DNA of 64,000 nucleotides from Candidatus Taenariivivens baikalensis (GCA_009691445.1 SICL01000006.1:2486-66485); one strand, 5' to 3'; shown: positions 9,635 to 22,800, counted from the stretch's first letter. Notes: generated by a model not told the origin, from the sequence alone. A program made the numbers and translations.

Positions 9635-10342
9635 TTGATTACAATTCATCCCGCGGAACAACGTGGACATACTCAGTCTGACTGGCTCGACAGTTACCAC
9701 ACGTTTTCCTTTTCGGATTTCTATGATCCCAACCGTATGAGCTTTTGTTCTCTCCGCGTCATCAATGAAGATCGTATTTTACCCACGAAGGGATTTGGAA
9801 CGCATGCGCACAGGGATGTGGAGATTATCACCTACGTGCTTTCCGGATCGCTGGAGCATAAAGATAGCTTAGGGAATGGCTCGATGATTATTCCCGGAAA
9901 GATTCAAAAAATGAGCGCGGGGACCGGCATTCTTCACAGCGAGTGGAATCCTTCCAAGTCGGACCCGGTTCACCTTCTTCAAATTTGGATCGTTCCTGAT
10001 AAAAAAGGACTGAAACCAAGTTATGAAGAACATTCTTTTGATCGTGGTGCGCTCCAGGGTAAGTGGCAGCTCTTGGCATCCGGATCCAAAAATCAGAAAG
10101 TGATTCATATCCATCAGGATACAGACCTTAATGCAACCACCCTTGAAACCGGGCAGATGATCGACTATGCCTTCAAGCCGGGACGCTGCGGCTGGCTTCA
10201 GGTAGCTGGAGGAGACATTACGGTCAACGAAATGCACTTGAAGGCTGGAGACGGCGCCCAGATAAATCATGAAAAAGCTGTTTCGCTGAAAGGGATTTCA
10301 GGACCTGCGGAACTGGTTTTATTTGACCTTGGCATAGGTTAA
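9635..10342 (+). CDS. Pirin-family protein (cupin).
   Basis: GFGTHAHRDVEIITYVLSG corresponds to the pirin HPHRGFE..TY metal-binding motif. 235 aa. Confidence 0.8.
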   Translation: MITIHPAEQRGHTQSDWLDSYHTFSFSDFYDPNRMSFCSLRVINEDRILPTKGFGTHAHRDVEIITYVLSGSLEHKDSLGNGSMIIPGKIQKMSAGTGILHSEWNPSKSDPVHLLQIWIVPDKKGLKPSYEEHSFDRGALQGKWQLLASGSKNQKVIHIHQDTDLNATTLETGQMIDYAFKPGRCGWLQVAGGDITVNEMHLKAGDGAQINHEKAVSLKGISGPAELVLFDLGIG

Positions 10343-10441
10343 AGGGAATAAAATGGGGAACCACAGGGAATCATGGCGAAAAACAAGCAAACCCATTATG
10401 TTCTTCTCTCTTTACTTCCACCTTCTTCCGTTTGAAGCTTT

Positions 10442-11908
10442 ATGATCCTTCTGCGCCGTATTGTTTTATATCTATTCACCCTGATCTATCTCGTATTCTG
10501 CCCGCTCACCATTTTTTATGCGTTGGGATTTATGTATCAGCCCGGATCGGAACACGGCATTGTTAAAACGGGTCTTGTCTATGTTTCTACCGTCCCTTCT
10601 GGAGCCACCGTTTATTTGAACGACATGCGTTATGAGGGGACAACGCCTTCCGTAATTCGCAATCTAATCCCCGGCTCCTATCAGGTTCGGGTTGAGTTAA
10701 AAGGGCATCAGCTCTGGAATCAGGAAGTGCCGGTGGAAGCGGAACACGCCTCGGTATTGGAAAAAATGCTTCTTTTGCCTGAGAGCTTAAAAAAACATTC
10801 CCTGGGGGCGCAGTCCTTTGAACAAATGACAGTCATTCCTGGGACTCCCTTTCTTTTGCTTGCTCGCGGCAAAAAAATATCAGAGTGCTTTGTTTATGAT
10901 CTGAAAAAAAAACTGGAATATCCCCTGTCGGGTCCTTTGTTTGAATGGGAGGACGCCAAGGTTCTTCAAACGCACTTGGTTTCCCGCGCGAAAACGATCG
11001 TGGTGAAACTGGAGAGACAAAATGCCCGCCGATTTTACCAATTTGATTTGAGCCTGGAAAATACGCCTAAAGATCTAACCTCTCTGTTTCCCGAAGAACC
11101 GAAGAAGATCCTCTGGGATCCGTCTGCCGAAACTCATCTCCTCGTTTTTAAAGATAAGCATTTAAATTATCTGCGCTCCGATAAAAAAACAATTTATCCC
11201 AAAGTGGCTGGTAATGTGCAGGGATTTGGTGTGGAAAATAAAAATCTTTATCTGTTGCGAGACGATCATACGTTTGCAGTGATGACCCTGGATGGAAGAA
11301 ACGAAAAGGCCCTTTTGAAAGATGCTGTTCTGGGAGAATCCCTTTTTGAGGACAAGGGATTCTACGATATTGATGTGCTTTCTCCGGAGTTAATCTTATT
11401 TTTGGGTGAGAAAGGAGCATTGATTTCCAATCGATTGCCTTACCGTTTTGCTCACGCGGAGGTGAAGGGTTATGACTACGCTCCTCGACAAAAGAAACTC
11501 CTGGTCTGGACACGCTCAGAGATTGGGGTGATTGATTTTTCCAAAGCTGAGGAATCTGAAACGGATGTGTTCGAAAAAGGGCCGCGCCTGATCTGGATGT
11601 TTACCCGTGGGAAATCGATTCAAAAAGCAACCTGGATTTACGACGCGGCACACGTGATCTTTCAGGATCAGGACCATCTTGTTTTTCTCGACCTCGAGAC
11701 CTTTAACAAGGCCGAGACCCATGAACTTCTCCAAATGAAGGAAGACACGGCGTATCACTACACGGATCAGACCGGACTTCTTTATTTTCTGGACCGTGAA
11801 AGTGGAAAACTGACGGCTGCCGAACTTTTGCCCAAGAGGGAACTCATCTTGCTTCCTTTCCCCACGCGTCAGGAAAAAACCGTAAAACGAAGGCTGATGA
11901 TGTTATGA
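10442..11908 (+). CDS. Membrane-anchored PEGA-domain protein.
   Basis: N-terminal TM helix, then a PEGA-like segment (VPSGATVYLNDMRYEGTTPSVIRNLIPGSYQVRVELKGH). Confidence 0.45.
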   Translation: MILLRRIVLYLFTLIYLVFCPLTIFYALGFMYQPGSEHGIVKTGLVYVSTVPSGATVYLNDMRYEGTTPSVIRNLIPGSYQVRVELKGHQLWNQEVPVEAEHASVLEKMLLLPESLKKHSLGAQSFEQMTVIPGTPFLLLARGKKISECFVYDLKKKLEYPLSGPLFEWEDAKVLQTHLVSRAKTIVVKLERQNARRFYQFDLSLENTPKDLTSLFPEEPKKILWDPSAETHLLVFKDKHLNYLRSDKKTIYPKVAGNVQGFGVENKNLYLLRDDHTFAVMTLDGRNEKALLKDAVLGESLFEDKGFYDIDVLSPELILFLGEKGALISNRLPYRFAHAEVKGYDYAPRQKKLLVWTRSEIGVIDFSKAEESETDVFEKGPRLIWMFTRGKSIQKATWIYDAAHVIFQDQDHLVFLDLETFNKAETHELLQMKEDTAYHYTDQTGLLYFLDRESGKLTAAELLPKRELILLPFPTRQEKTVKRRLMML

Positions 11909-13578
11909 AATTCAATTTTAGCGGGAAAAAATTAACCGGATCAGAACGCGCTATCCAGCGTTTTTTTGAGATCTTGCCTGGGGCCACAAGCTGGTTTATT
12001 TTGATCGGGATGACACTGCTTAGTTTCTGGAACCCCATTTTGGCCGCGGTGTTGATTATTGCCTTTGATTTTTTCTGGATCCTCCGCCTTTTTTTCATGA
12101 CCCTCTTTTTGGTGATTTCCTATTTCCGACTTTCCCTGGAAAAGGAGACGGACTGGATGGCTCGACTTCACGGGCTTAATCATCTGACGGATGCTCTGAC
12201 GTTCCTGAATAAGGATTTTGGTACACGCAGTCTCCCTCAAAAAATTTCTTCCTGGATCCACCGGAAAGAAATGACGGAGCTTCAAAGAAGCGGCGCTTCC
12301 GTTCCTGATTTTAAAAAAATTATCCACTTGGTTCTGATTCCGATTGTGAGAGAGACGCCGGAAATTCTTCGCGACAGTATTTCCAGTTTTCTCAACGGCT
12401 ATTTTCCTTCCGAACAGATTCTCGTCGTGATCGCGCTTGAGGAACGCGCGACCGAGGACGTGAAAGCGGGTGCCCAGCAGATGGCCCGGGAATTCGAAGG
12501 CAAATTTTTTGACTTTAAAGTGATTTTGCATCCCAATCATATTCCGGGGGAGGCGCGTGTGAAGGGGGCTAATGTGACCTACGCGGCTCGGGAAATGACG
12601 CGATATTTTGAACAAAAGGAAATCTTGTTTGATCGCGTGATTGTTTCTTGCTTTGATGCGGATACGGTTGTGGACGCGCATTATTTCGGATGCTTGACCT
12701 ATCAATACATGGTTTGCCCCAAGCGCGAGCGCGCGAGCTTTCAGCCCATTCCGGTTTATCACAACAACATCTGGAAGGTTCCGGGATTTGTGCGCGTGCT
12801 GGAAACAGGGTCTTCCTTTTTCCAGCTTGTAGAATCCACGGACCCGGAAAAACTCGTGACCTTTTCCAGCCACAGTATGAGTTTCAGGGCGCTTGTGGAA
12901 GCGGATTATTGGCCGGTGGATATGATTTCGGATGACTCGGCGATTTTCTGGAAATGTTACATCCACTATGATGGCGATTACCGGGTTGTTCCTCTTTATG
13001 TCACGGTCTCGATGGATGTGGCTGACGCGGGGAATTGGTGGAAGACCATTGTGAATGTTTATCGGCAGAAACGTCGTTGGGCCTGGGGTGTGGAGAATTT
13101 TCCGATTGTGATGCGCGCCTTTCTTCAGGCGAAAAAGATCCCGTTTTCCGAAAAGATGGGCCACGGAGTCAAACTTTTTGAAATGCACGTGGCCTGGGCG
13201 ACTTGGGCGTTTCTGCTTTCTGTGATCGGCTGGCTTCCAGCCCTTTTTGCGGGCCGCGAATTTTCGCACTCCGTGCTTTATTACAGCACCCCCCGCATTA
13301 CCGCGATTATTTTTGGATTTTCCACCTGTGCGCTTGTCGTCACGATTATCATGAGCCTGTGGCTCCTTCCCAAGCGTGAAAAAAGAGATTCTGTATTCCG
13401 GCGACTTGGATTCGCTCTTCAGTGGGTGTTTGTTCCCGGTATTTTTACTTTTCTCAGCACTTTGCCGGCCCTCGAAGCCCAAACGCGTTTGATGCTCGGT
13501 GCCTATATGGAAAAATGGGGCACCGATACGATGCAGCGGCCTGCTGTATTTTCCAGTCCAGCGCCGGGAAAGCAGTAG
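11905..13578 (+). CDS. Integral-membrane family-2 glycosyltransferase, processive beta-glycan synthase-like.
   Basis: DxD (CFDADTV), an ISDDSAIF (TED-like) segment and a Q-x-x-R-W motif (QKRRWAWG) as in cellulose/chitin synthase-type GT2 enzymes. Several TM helices. Overlaps the PEGA gene stop. Confidence 0.6.
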   Translation: MKFNFSGKKLTGSERAIQRFFEILPGATSWFILIGMTLLSFWNPILAAVLIIAFDFFWILRLFFMTLFLVISYFRLSLEKETDWMARLHGLNHLTDALTFLNKDFGTRSLPQKISSWIHRKEMTELQRSGASVPDFKKIIHLVLIPIVRETPEILRDSISSFLNGYFPSEQILVVIALEERATEDVKAGAQQMAREFEGKFFDFKVILHPNHIPGEARVKGANVTYAAREMTRYFEQKEILFDRVIVSCFDADTVVDAHYFGCLTYQYMVCPKRERASFQPIPVYHNNIWKVPGFVRVLETGSSFFQLVESTDPEKLVTFSSHSMSFRALVEADYWPVDMISDDSAIFWKCYIHYDGDYRVVPLYVTVSMDVADAGNWWKTIVNVYRQKRRWAWGVENFPIVMRAFLQAKKIPFSEKMGHGVKLFEMHVAWATWAFLLSVIGWLPALFAGREFSHSVLYYSTPRITAIIFGFSTCALVVTIIMSLWLLPKREKRDSVFRRLGFALQWVFVPGIFTFLSTLPALEAQTRLMLGAYMEKWGTDTMQRPAVFSSPAPGKQ

Positions 13579-13745
13579 GCAGTCGGCAGTAAGCAGTAGC
13601 CAGAAAGCAGTCGGCAGTTAGCAGGAGGCAGTCTGCACTAAGAATATTTTTTGAGATTCGTCTTTTCGAATTAAGTTTTTAATCTTTGTTTTCTGCCTAC
13701 TGCCTCCCTGCCACCTGCCGACTGCTTTCTGCCTACTATTTCTCT
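13579..13745. repeat. Large imperfect hairpin of inverted GGCAGTN heptamer arrays around an AT-rich spacer, just downstream of the GT2 gene and upstream of the giant ORF.
   Basis: ggcagtcggcagtaagcagtagccagaaagcagtcggcagttagcaggaggcagt ... actgcctccctgccacctgccgactgctttctgcctact read directly. Confidence 0.6.
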
Positions 13746-13803
13746 TCCGTGATCACGAATGTTAGCGATTGCCACATTGCAATAAGAATCCCTTCATAAC
13801 ATC

Positions 13804-13832
13804 TTGAAACTCATGGCTTTGCGTGATATTTT
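13804..13832 (+). promoter_or_regulatory. Candidate promoter for the giant gene (TTGAAA, 17 bp, TATTTT).
   Basis: Sequence match only; weak -10 element. Confidence 0.25.
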
Positions 13833-13874
13833 GCCCTAGTTTTTATCGCTACCAATAAGGGAAGTATTATCGAA

Positions 13875-16800
13875 GTGACTTCTACACGCTCCTATTTTTA
13901 TTCACGGAAATTTCCAAGAAAATTAATTGCATTTCTGACTGCACTTTTCTTCGTCCTTGAAAGTTTTTTTGTAACCCCTCAGACTTGGGCCGCCGCTGTT
14001 CCTTTCGAAGTTCAAGTACCTGCTTCCCTCGATTTAAAACTTTCTCCTGAACTCGGGACAATTGAATCTCTCAAAACCGGTTCTGGACCGCTCATCATTC
14101 ATATCCAGGAAGCACACGGCAATTATGAAACTCAAAAAAAAATCCAGGGTATTTTGCACTCCCTTCACTCTCAGTACGGAATCGATCGCATTTTGCTGGA
14201 AGGCACTGCCTTTAAACTCCACCCAGAACTCGCCCGGTTTTATCCTGAAAATCCCGCACTGAATGAGAAAGTCCTTGAGGCGCTTGCCAAACAGGGAATC
14301 GCAATTGGTCCCGAACTTTTTCTAGCCAAAACTCCGGAGGCCGAGGCGTACGGGATTGAGGATGTTAAACCCTACGTTGCCAATGGCGTTGCCTTTAAAG
14401 AAGTCCTGATTCAAAAAGAGAAAACCAAAAAGTTCCTCTCACTTCTCGATCAGCAGATCAGAGCCTTCAGTGGAACCTACCTGAACGATCCCCTCCGGCG
14501 TTTTCTAGATCGCACGGCCTCGTTTGAGAATCATCCGGACACCTTGAATGATCCGCTGAATATTTTGAAGCTCCAAGCAAAGGAAAATTTGGCGCTTGAC
14601 CTCGAAAGTCCGCTTGCTCAGTTTGACTGGCCGCAGCTGGTGCGTTTGAATGTGCTCGCGGAGATGGAAGGGAAGTTTGAAGGGGGAGCATTTGCGAAAG
14701 AGAAGGAAGCATTTCTTAGAGCAATCAAGGCTTATACGTGGAAGGAAGAAGGAAGAGGGAAGAAGGAAGAAAAAGAGAGAAAGACTTCTCTTCCTTCTTC
14801 CATCTTCTCTCTTCTCTCTTCTGAATTTTCCACTCCCGCCCCCCCCAATCTCGAAACCCAAATGGAATCCCTTGTTTCTCAGCTTCCGAGCGATTTTGAT
14901 TACAAAGCTTATCCCAACGTCAATCGATTCATTGGTCACAAGCTATTAGCCGCAGAGTTAAAAGGAGATGCGCTGCTCAAGGAAATCGAAATACTCACGG
15001 CTAAGATCACGGACAAGCTCGCCAAGACGAAGGAAGAGAAGGAAATCGTTGAGCTTTTGAAATCGTACAAATTGCTGAAGAAGTTATTTGCGCTGGAGTT
15101 AACGGCGGAAGAATATGAGCAAGTGGTAAGCCGTCGGCAGAAGGCAGTCGGCAGTAAAGAGCCGGAGAAAGGCAGTTCTGCCTACTGCATACTGCCTACT
15201 GCTTTCTTGTCCCGATTCGCCGCTCTCAACCATGAAAATCGCATCAAGGACTTGAATTTTCGAGTGGGTTCAAAAATTGACGCTTTGTACGAAAAGGCGC
15301 TGGAGTTTTACCGTCTCGCCAAAGAGAGGGACGGAATCATGATTAAAAATATCGAGAAAATCCTTCGGTCTGAAACCCGAAATCCTAAACTCGAAACTCG
15401 AAACAAATCAAAAATTCAAAATCAAAAATTCGAAACGACACAGAAAAGCAGTTCCGTTTTAGATTTGAATCACTCGAATTTTGAATTTATTTCGGATTTC
15501 GGATTTAGAGTTTCGAGTTTGCCGAAGGCGGTGGTGGTGATTACTGGCGGTTTCCACTCCAAACCCTTTGCAACCTACTTCAAAGATCACGGCTACAGCT
15601 ACGCGCTCATTACTCCCAAAATGATTTCTACGGAAGGTCGCGAGACTTATGTGGATTTTATTCTTAAGAATTTTTCTCCAGCCCAGACTTCAAATTTTAA
15701 AATTGCACCTAGGGTCATGTCAACACCCTCCGAACTCCTCAGCCTTGGTTTCGGATCAAAAAATATTCAGAGAATGCGATCCGAGGTGAGAGGAATTTCC
15801 AAAAAAGACTACGAGAAATTGGCACACGATGCTCGAGATCCACGTGCGCGCCGAGGCTGGGTCCAGCCAAAGACTTCTGTAACGGGCAGACGGTATCACC
15901 GCCGGGGAATCGGCCAAGCGGCTTTCCGAGACCGCTCTCAAGTTCGCTCGGAGCTCAGGACTCAAGGATCTGAACATTTGCTGGCAGATCGAATGACCAA
16001 AGCTTTGCTTCAAGCCGATCCGGATATATCAGGTCAGGCTGGTTTAGATGTTGCTCATATCAGGGGATCAGCGTCTGCAGGTTCGATTCTGAAGGCTTTA
16101 GAAACTTTGAACACTGAAGAGTTTAAGGCCCTTCGATTGGACCTTAAAGAAAAGTTCGAGCAACAGCTTGCAACGTTTGTGGCTATCAAACCTCATGCGC
16201 TTAAGGAAGAGGCTGCCCTTATTGAGGGATTTGTCAAAGCAGGATTTACGGTTCACCTTGGACCCCAGGTTCAATTCGACGAAATCAAAGCCCGTAATTT
16301 TTACCGGGCGCACGCCTTTGAACCTTTTTTTATTTCGCAGCTGCTTCCCGAGATCACAAAAGGCCCTGCCCGCATTTTGATTCTCGAAAGGGCGTTAGGA
16401 AATGCCGTGGCGGAGGCCCGGAAGGTTGTGGATCAAATACGAAGTGACCGGGGAGTGACGAATAAAGATCCGCAAAATTATGTCCACGCCTCTGATGACG
16501 GCGAAGAGGGATCTGCCTGGCGTGAATCTGGAATCGCGGTTTCAACCTCGGAAGAAATTATGGAAAATATTTCTCAGGCTATTGAGGCGTCAGCTCATCC
16601 TTATGATCAATTAAAATCTGCCCAAAGTCTTGTTGCGATAGGTCAGGTTGACCCTCAAGGAAACGGGCGAAAACTTTTAGAAGGTTTGAAAGTTCCATTC
16701 GGTTTTGATTGGGAGCGCGATTCTGTAGCGGCTAAAAAAATCTTAGAACGTGCTCTCGTCATTCCACAAAAACGATCTGAATTAAGGAAACCAGAAGCAA

Positions 16801-19800
16801 GGCAGGTAAGAAAGAGTAATCTGCAGAGGGATCAGAGTCCAGCTTTGGCTTTGAGGCGGTTGACATCGGTAGGACGGAATATTTTATCTTTAGGATCTTT
16901 ATTCATTTGGATTCTCCGTCAAATTCCAACGTGGTTTTCAAGCCTTGTTACGCGGCGAAATAATTCCGGGACTGCAACTTTCACGGCATCTTCAACACCG
17001 ATTAACCTTGATTCAATCCGATCAAATCTTTCATCGGCCGCAGCTCTCCACTCGCAAAACCCGCGGACTTCACCGGCAATAACGCTTATACCCGATCTCA
17101 GTGATTCAAGTAAAGTTCCCACTTCTGTTGGTGTGTACATTTTATTTTCATCGTTGTTTAGCATGGTTCGATCCTCCCCTATTTTCAAATGGGGGCGTAG
17201 TCTACTTTCACTTCAAGGAGCTGTCAATATTAATTTTAGTCAATTTTTAATTCCTTATGAATTATATTTAAGAGCTGGTCGCTCCGAGGTGCGGCAGGGA
17301 TGGAAAGACACTTTGTTTCAGTTTGGACAAACCGTTGATTTATCATCCGTTTCAGGGGAACGGATTGCATCAGTTTGGAATCTGAGCACTCATTATGCAC
17401 TTAAGTTTAGCACGACCCTGAAGCAGCTTGGAGAAGGCGCGATTTTTCGACTATTCTTGGATGATCTGGATAGAACTGACGTTATCTTGGAGCAGGCTAG
17501 AGCTGGGGGAATTACGGACGCTGTTCATTTCAGAGAATTTCAGGATCCTGCCCTCCGCTTGGCTGCTATGTCCTATCTTGTTACCGGAACGGTGATGTCG
17601 CGAGAAGAAATGATCAGGCGGTTTGACAGTAAAAGGCGTACGAATCAGGATGAATATAACCTTGCAGGAGCACAAGTAGCCTTGGATACCATCCTGAACG
17701 CATACCGGGATGAAAATTCATTTGTATTTAATGACCATCAAGTAAGAGCTTTCGGATTGGAGTTGCATCAATTGAAAGGAACAGAGCTGAACCCCAGTTT
17801 CGCCAAAAGACTTCTTAGCCGCGCCCTGCATATCGTCCTTGATCCAATACCCCGCTCTGAACTTCGGATGACGGGAACGCCGAAGCTGAAGAACATTATT
17901 CCGACCCCGACTTTTTTCATGAAAGACGCAAAGGGAAAAATCATTGTGAAGGAAGCGGCGGTGAGGGCTCACATGAGATATCTCAAAGATACGTTGCACG
18001 GCGAATACATCCTCCCAGCCGGAGCGACGGGGGAATTCCAGAAAATGAATCCGGAGTTGAGACGCAGTGCGATTGAGATTACCACTCGCGAAGCCAAGGC
18101 CGTCGGACTTATCACCTTTACGAATGTGACGGGAGATGATGAAGAAGAAACCATCGGAAATGCGCTGGCCGCTCAAGCGGCAGGTGCGAATTTTCTTGTG
18201 ATTGCGGCGCTTTATTTTTTGGAGAAATCGTCGGACATCGAAGCCTTTATCCCGAAGATGAGAGAGCTCGGTGTCACGCTTCCACTCGCGCTGTACAATA
18301 ATCCCGGGCTTCCCAAGATTCAGGCTTATGACAGTACCCGCGAAAAGGAAATTACTTCCGATGCTGTAGGGGATTTATATCGAAAAGAATTGATCTTTGC
18401 CATCAAAAATTCCGGAAGCGCAAAACTGACCGAAGAATATATCAGGACCGGAACCCCGACCTATATTGGCGATGAAAGCGCGCTGGACACGGCTTCCAAA
18501 ATTAGAGGCGACAAAGGCGAATCGCTTTACGGCCTGGTCGGTTCCTCGGGAAATTTTATGGCAATTTTCCAGCGCATTGCGGAAACCAAAAACGACGAAG
18601 TTCGGGCCGCGCTCCAGGCAATCATCAATAAGATTCGGCCAACCCTGATTGCACTTAATTTAGATCCGACTCGCGGCCCTCCGCATAAAATTGCTCAAAT
18701 TATCAAATATCTGCTTTCAAAAAAAGATCCTGTGATGAGCGATGATGTTTCACTGGACGGCACCCCCGCGCTTACAGAAGAGGAAATTACGGCCATCAAT
18801 GCCATTCAGCCTCTTCTAATGACTTTTCCTGAGATTCAATTTCAGACGAATGTTGAGTCGCCGTTTATGAAGCTGGAAGGGGGCGATTCTATCGACTTAA
18901 GAGGATTGGTAGGACAGTTGACCGAGTTTCGGGATCGCTTGATAGAAGGTTTGGGGAAATGGGGGAATAAAAAATTATTTATTGGAGTCAGTTTTCAGAA
19001 AAAAGGCGACAGAGAAATCGAAATCTATGACACGACTTCTCAGGGCCTGATCGCGACGATCAACGCTACTCACTATAAAGTTGGGTTTAAACTTATCGCC
19101 GAAACACTGAATCCTTATCTTCTGCCGCAAAATTTCTCAGCGCCTTCTGCTCCAGCTCCCGCCACTCGTTTGGATTCCGCAGGCCCTTCAGTTCCGAACG
19201 CCGCCGTCACCGAATACCAAAAACTTTTTAATGACCTTACGGGGTCGCTTGGAAGCGGTTGGGATATTACAAGTGAGAATGGGCATTGGCTCAAAATTGC
19301 AGTTCCTCAGGGCGGGACGACGGATCCAGCGAATCCTGCCTTTGTCGGCTTTGCTTTGAATTTTGAGCGCGAGATCTTGTTTGGCTGGGGTACGTTTCGT
19401 GTCCACTTTTACCCTAAAGAGGGAAAACTTGCCGGTATTGTTTATCGCGAAGGAAAATTTTATGCCGTGGGAGATTTTGCTTCGCAGGATCAAAACCAGA
19501 TCTTTGCCTTTTTAAATATCGAGGAATATCGTGCAGCTTCTCATAGCTATACCGAACTTGCGTTCCTTTCATCCCGGCGCTCGGAATTGCGGATGAATCG
19601 ACATGCTTTTCTTAAAAAGGCTGCCGTGGTAGCGACGGGGATATTATTTCTACCAAAGACCCCATCATTGGCGGATTCTCCTCGTGTTTTACCTCCCATC
19701 CGGCTGATACCGAGTTTGAATCCTTTTCAGCCAGAACTTGATGGTTTGATTGACGCTGCCGAAAAAATAATTCCACGAAAGTTGGGTGCAGGTTTTCCGG

Positions 19801-22800
19801 TCATCAGGCGTATCCAAGAGGGCGAGTATCGTGCAAAAATTTTATTTTTGAGCGGAAATCTTTCTTGGGATCTTAAACACCTGAAGCAGATGCTGGCGGA
19901 CTTCTCCGGGCAAAGTCTTGCCAAACCCGAGGATTGGCTGATCCTGCCCGAATTTTTACGGCATTACCAGAATGTGACACTGGAAAACTTCCACGGACTT
20001 CCCCACGAGGTGGCTATTCTCTTGGCTCAAGCAAAAAGAATTCCTATGCAAGACCCCTTTGTCTCTATCCTGCAGCCAGAAACAGTCCGGAAAATCCTTG
20101 CCGAAGCCAAACGCCGGAAGCTGGACCTGAGCCGCGAAGAAATCCTCGCGTACCTTCTTATTTCCTGGACGCAGGGAATGCATCCTGTTTCCTTTGGGAA
20201 TAATTCTGTGGCTCTTGCCATCCAATTTTTAAGGGATGCCTGGAAGAAGGAAAACGATGCTCCCGGTGTTCAAGAGCTTTATGAGGCGGCGGTTTCGTTT
20301 GTGAAAAAAATGAATGATTCCGAATTTAGGGTAAAGATGAATCGGATTAATAAACTCAATGCCGAGTTTCTCCAAAAAAATCCCAAAGCCAAAGACAACC
20401 TCGCTTGGGAGTGGGGAAAGCATTACCTTGCACTGGGGGAAACTAAATCTTTCACGCGGGAGGAGCTTTTAGGGCATTGGGTGATTCATACGGCCCTGCA
20501 GCAATTTAACGGGAAAATTCCTGACTTTATGGAGGGGATGATCATTCTTATGGAGAAGGGCTGGAAGGCAGCTGGAGTTTCCTACGAAGAACTCCATCGA
20601 GGCTTCCTTGGGTGGATGCCCAAAATTGGCCAGAGAGATCTTTCCCTGAAATCTAAAGCAGCGGAAGAGCTTGTCCTGGAGACATACTCACGCTTGACCA
20701 AATCCAGCCTCGCAGCAACTTTATCCCGAAGCTCGGCGAAGAACGTTATTGCTCTGCTTCATGCCCCGCCGGAGGCACGTGAGGGCATTGAAAAAGTTTT
20801 TCAAGAGCATTTGCAGCGATTGTCTTCCCAGCGTCCGGAATTGCGTTTGGGGGCCCCACGTTCCGAATTACGACAAAACCGGCCGCCCTTTGGATCGTTT
20901 CACGAGTTTGTGGAAAAGCATGCGGTGAAAATAGAGACTCAAAACAGCTTGATGGTATATGTCGGGAAAGGAAAGGGGAAGGAAGATTCCAAAGAAATGA
21001 CGGAGTGGGCGGCGGCGCGTGCGCTGATTGACGCGAATATTGCTCACAATAAATTATTCGGTGTAGACGGTCAGAAAAAGCGCTTTGTCGCGGTGTTTGC
21101 AACGGGAAGTACCATGATCGGTATTTACAAAAAAGTAATTATTCTGGCCGATCAGCATGAAGAAAAAGAGGGGATTGATTTTTCTACCGCGCGTTCTTAC
21201 AACCTCGATGAAAATGGGGGGCTCGCCCCGGACCACCCGCAAAGCTACCGCTATTTCATGAACCACCACTTGTTTAACGGGTTAACCGAAAGAATAAAGG
21301 AGAAAGCGTTCAGCCTTGATCACACCTATGTTTTTCCCGGAAATTTACCGCCAGCGGAGTATCCCGCCGAGTTTGAGCGCGTTCATAAAGAAATCGAGAG
21401 TTATGGAGGAATTGATTTTCTTTATCTGGGAAGCGGAGAGAACGGCCATTTTGGATTTGTGGAACCGCCTTATTTGATTAACCTCGATTTTGCTGAGTTT
21501 CTTCTTAAAAATCCAAAGCAATCGCTCGATGCGCTTTTTACTGAGAAGCCGGATGAATACCGTTTTCTCCGGGATTCGAATGATTTCATCCTTGAGAAAA
21601 GTATTCAGGGCGACTCTCGTGCGCTTACCCAACGCATTTTGGATTTAAGAAACCAGATCCGGGGAGCCCTTCATGAAGGACTTGAAAAAGGAGGAAGAAA
21701 TGGCGATATGGCTCAGGATTTTCGGACTGCCCGCGGAAGATATTATGAGGAGGAAGCGTCGAAAAAAAGATTCAAACTTGCGGCCAAGTGGTATCACACC
21801 AATTCGTTTCCGGTTAAAATTAAAGCGGCTTTAAAAAAATACGGTCGCCGCCTTTTACACGAACAGATGACGACGATTTATTTTAAGGAGGGCTCTGTAT
21901 TGGAGAACCTTCGAGAGCCGATGGAACTACCAACCGTCCAGTTTAAGACATTGAAGGAGCTTTTTGCTACCCCGGCCAAGCTCTCCTTTCTGAATGCCAA
22001 GACGCCCATTGTGAATTCACGTCTGGTCGAAAATTTTGATACCGTTCCGCTTTGGGCTCCCACCATGGATGGCGGGCTTGTCTTCAGTGCCAAGAAAATT
22101 ATCCAAGTGATCACGGGGCCTATGAAAACGGATGCGGCCTTGAAGATTGTGACAGGACCGGTTTCTCATGATGTCCCCAGCTCCTATCTTCAATTAATGC
22201 AACCCGGATCTACAATAATCCTTCTCGATCAAGCCGCCGCGCAAAAAATCCTTCTCTACCAAGCGAGCCGTTCGGAAGTGAGAGGGGACGTATCCAAAGG
22301 GGCTTCCGAGGAAATAATAGCGAAAAGTGTTTCGGTGCTTGAAATGTTGGATGCTAATTTTCGCTTGGTCCAACGGGCGAATGAATGGCTGGTTCATAAT
22401 AACGAGCTGTTTCCAACGAAGTTGCTAAGATTCAAATACATGCATCCTATCAAGGGCGGAGTTAATATGGCTCAGCGTCAAAAAGGCAGATGGCTGGCCC
22501 CAGAAATTACTCAGGGATTCCGCCGTGCCAAAGCAGAATGGGAAGATGGAGTTCCGAAAGAAATTTTCGAAATCCTCCCCTCCCAAAAGCTCAATCTGGA
22601 TGCCTTGCTTGAAAATATCGAAGCGTTGTTTTCAAGGAGATTTTTGAGGAGTTCTTCCGCTCCAAAATGGTTCAAAGAATTCAGCGAAGTTGTCAAGGCG
22701 TCTGCAGACGAAAAGATTGTTGAGTTGGTTAGCGTTGAAAGATCGAGCGAGGATGAGGCTAAGAGAAAAGTGGCAGCTGTTCTGCTTAAAATCAAATTTG

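Noticed and set aside
10343-10441. CT-rich tract (cttctctctttacttccaccttcttcc) between the pirin and PEGA genes as another heptamer hairpin.
   Set aside because: No complementary purine-rich arm in pairing register was found nearby. Probably just a pyrimidine-rich promoter/RBS region.
11941-13482. 513-aa minus-strand ORF antisense to the GT2 glycosyltransferase gene.
   Set aside because: It is fully nested antisense to a gene with clear family motifs. It is extremely R/K/H/G-rich low-complexity sequence with no recognisable domain, so it is a typical shadow ORF.
13579-15530. Possibility that the heptamer arrays are a CRISPR array.
   Set aside because: Repeat units are only 7 nt and there are no uniform-length unique spacers. 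Arrays are inverted rather than direct at array scale, several are translated in frame, and no cas genes are in the window.
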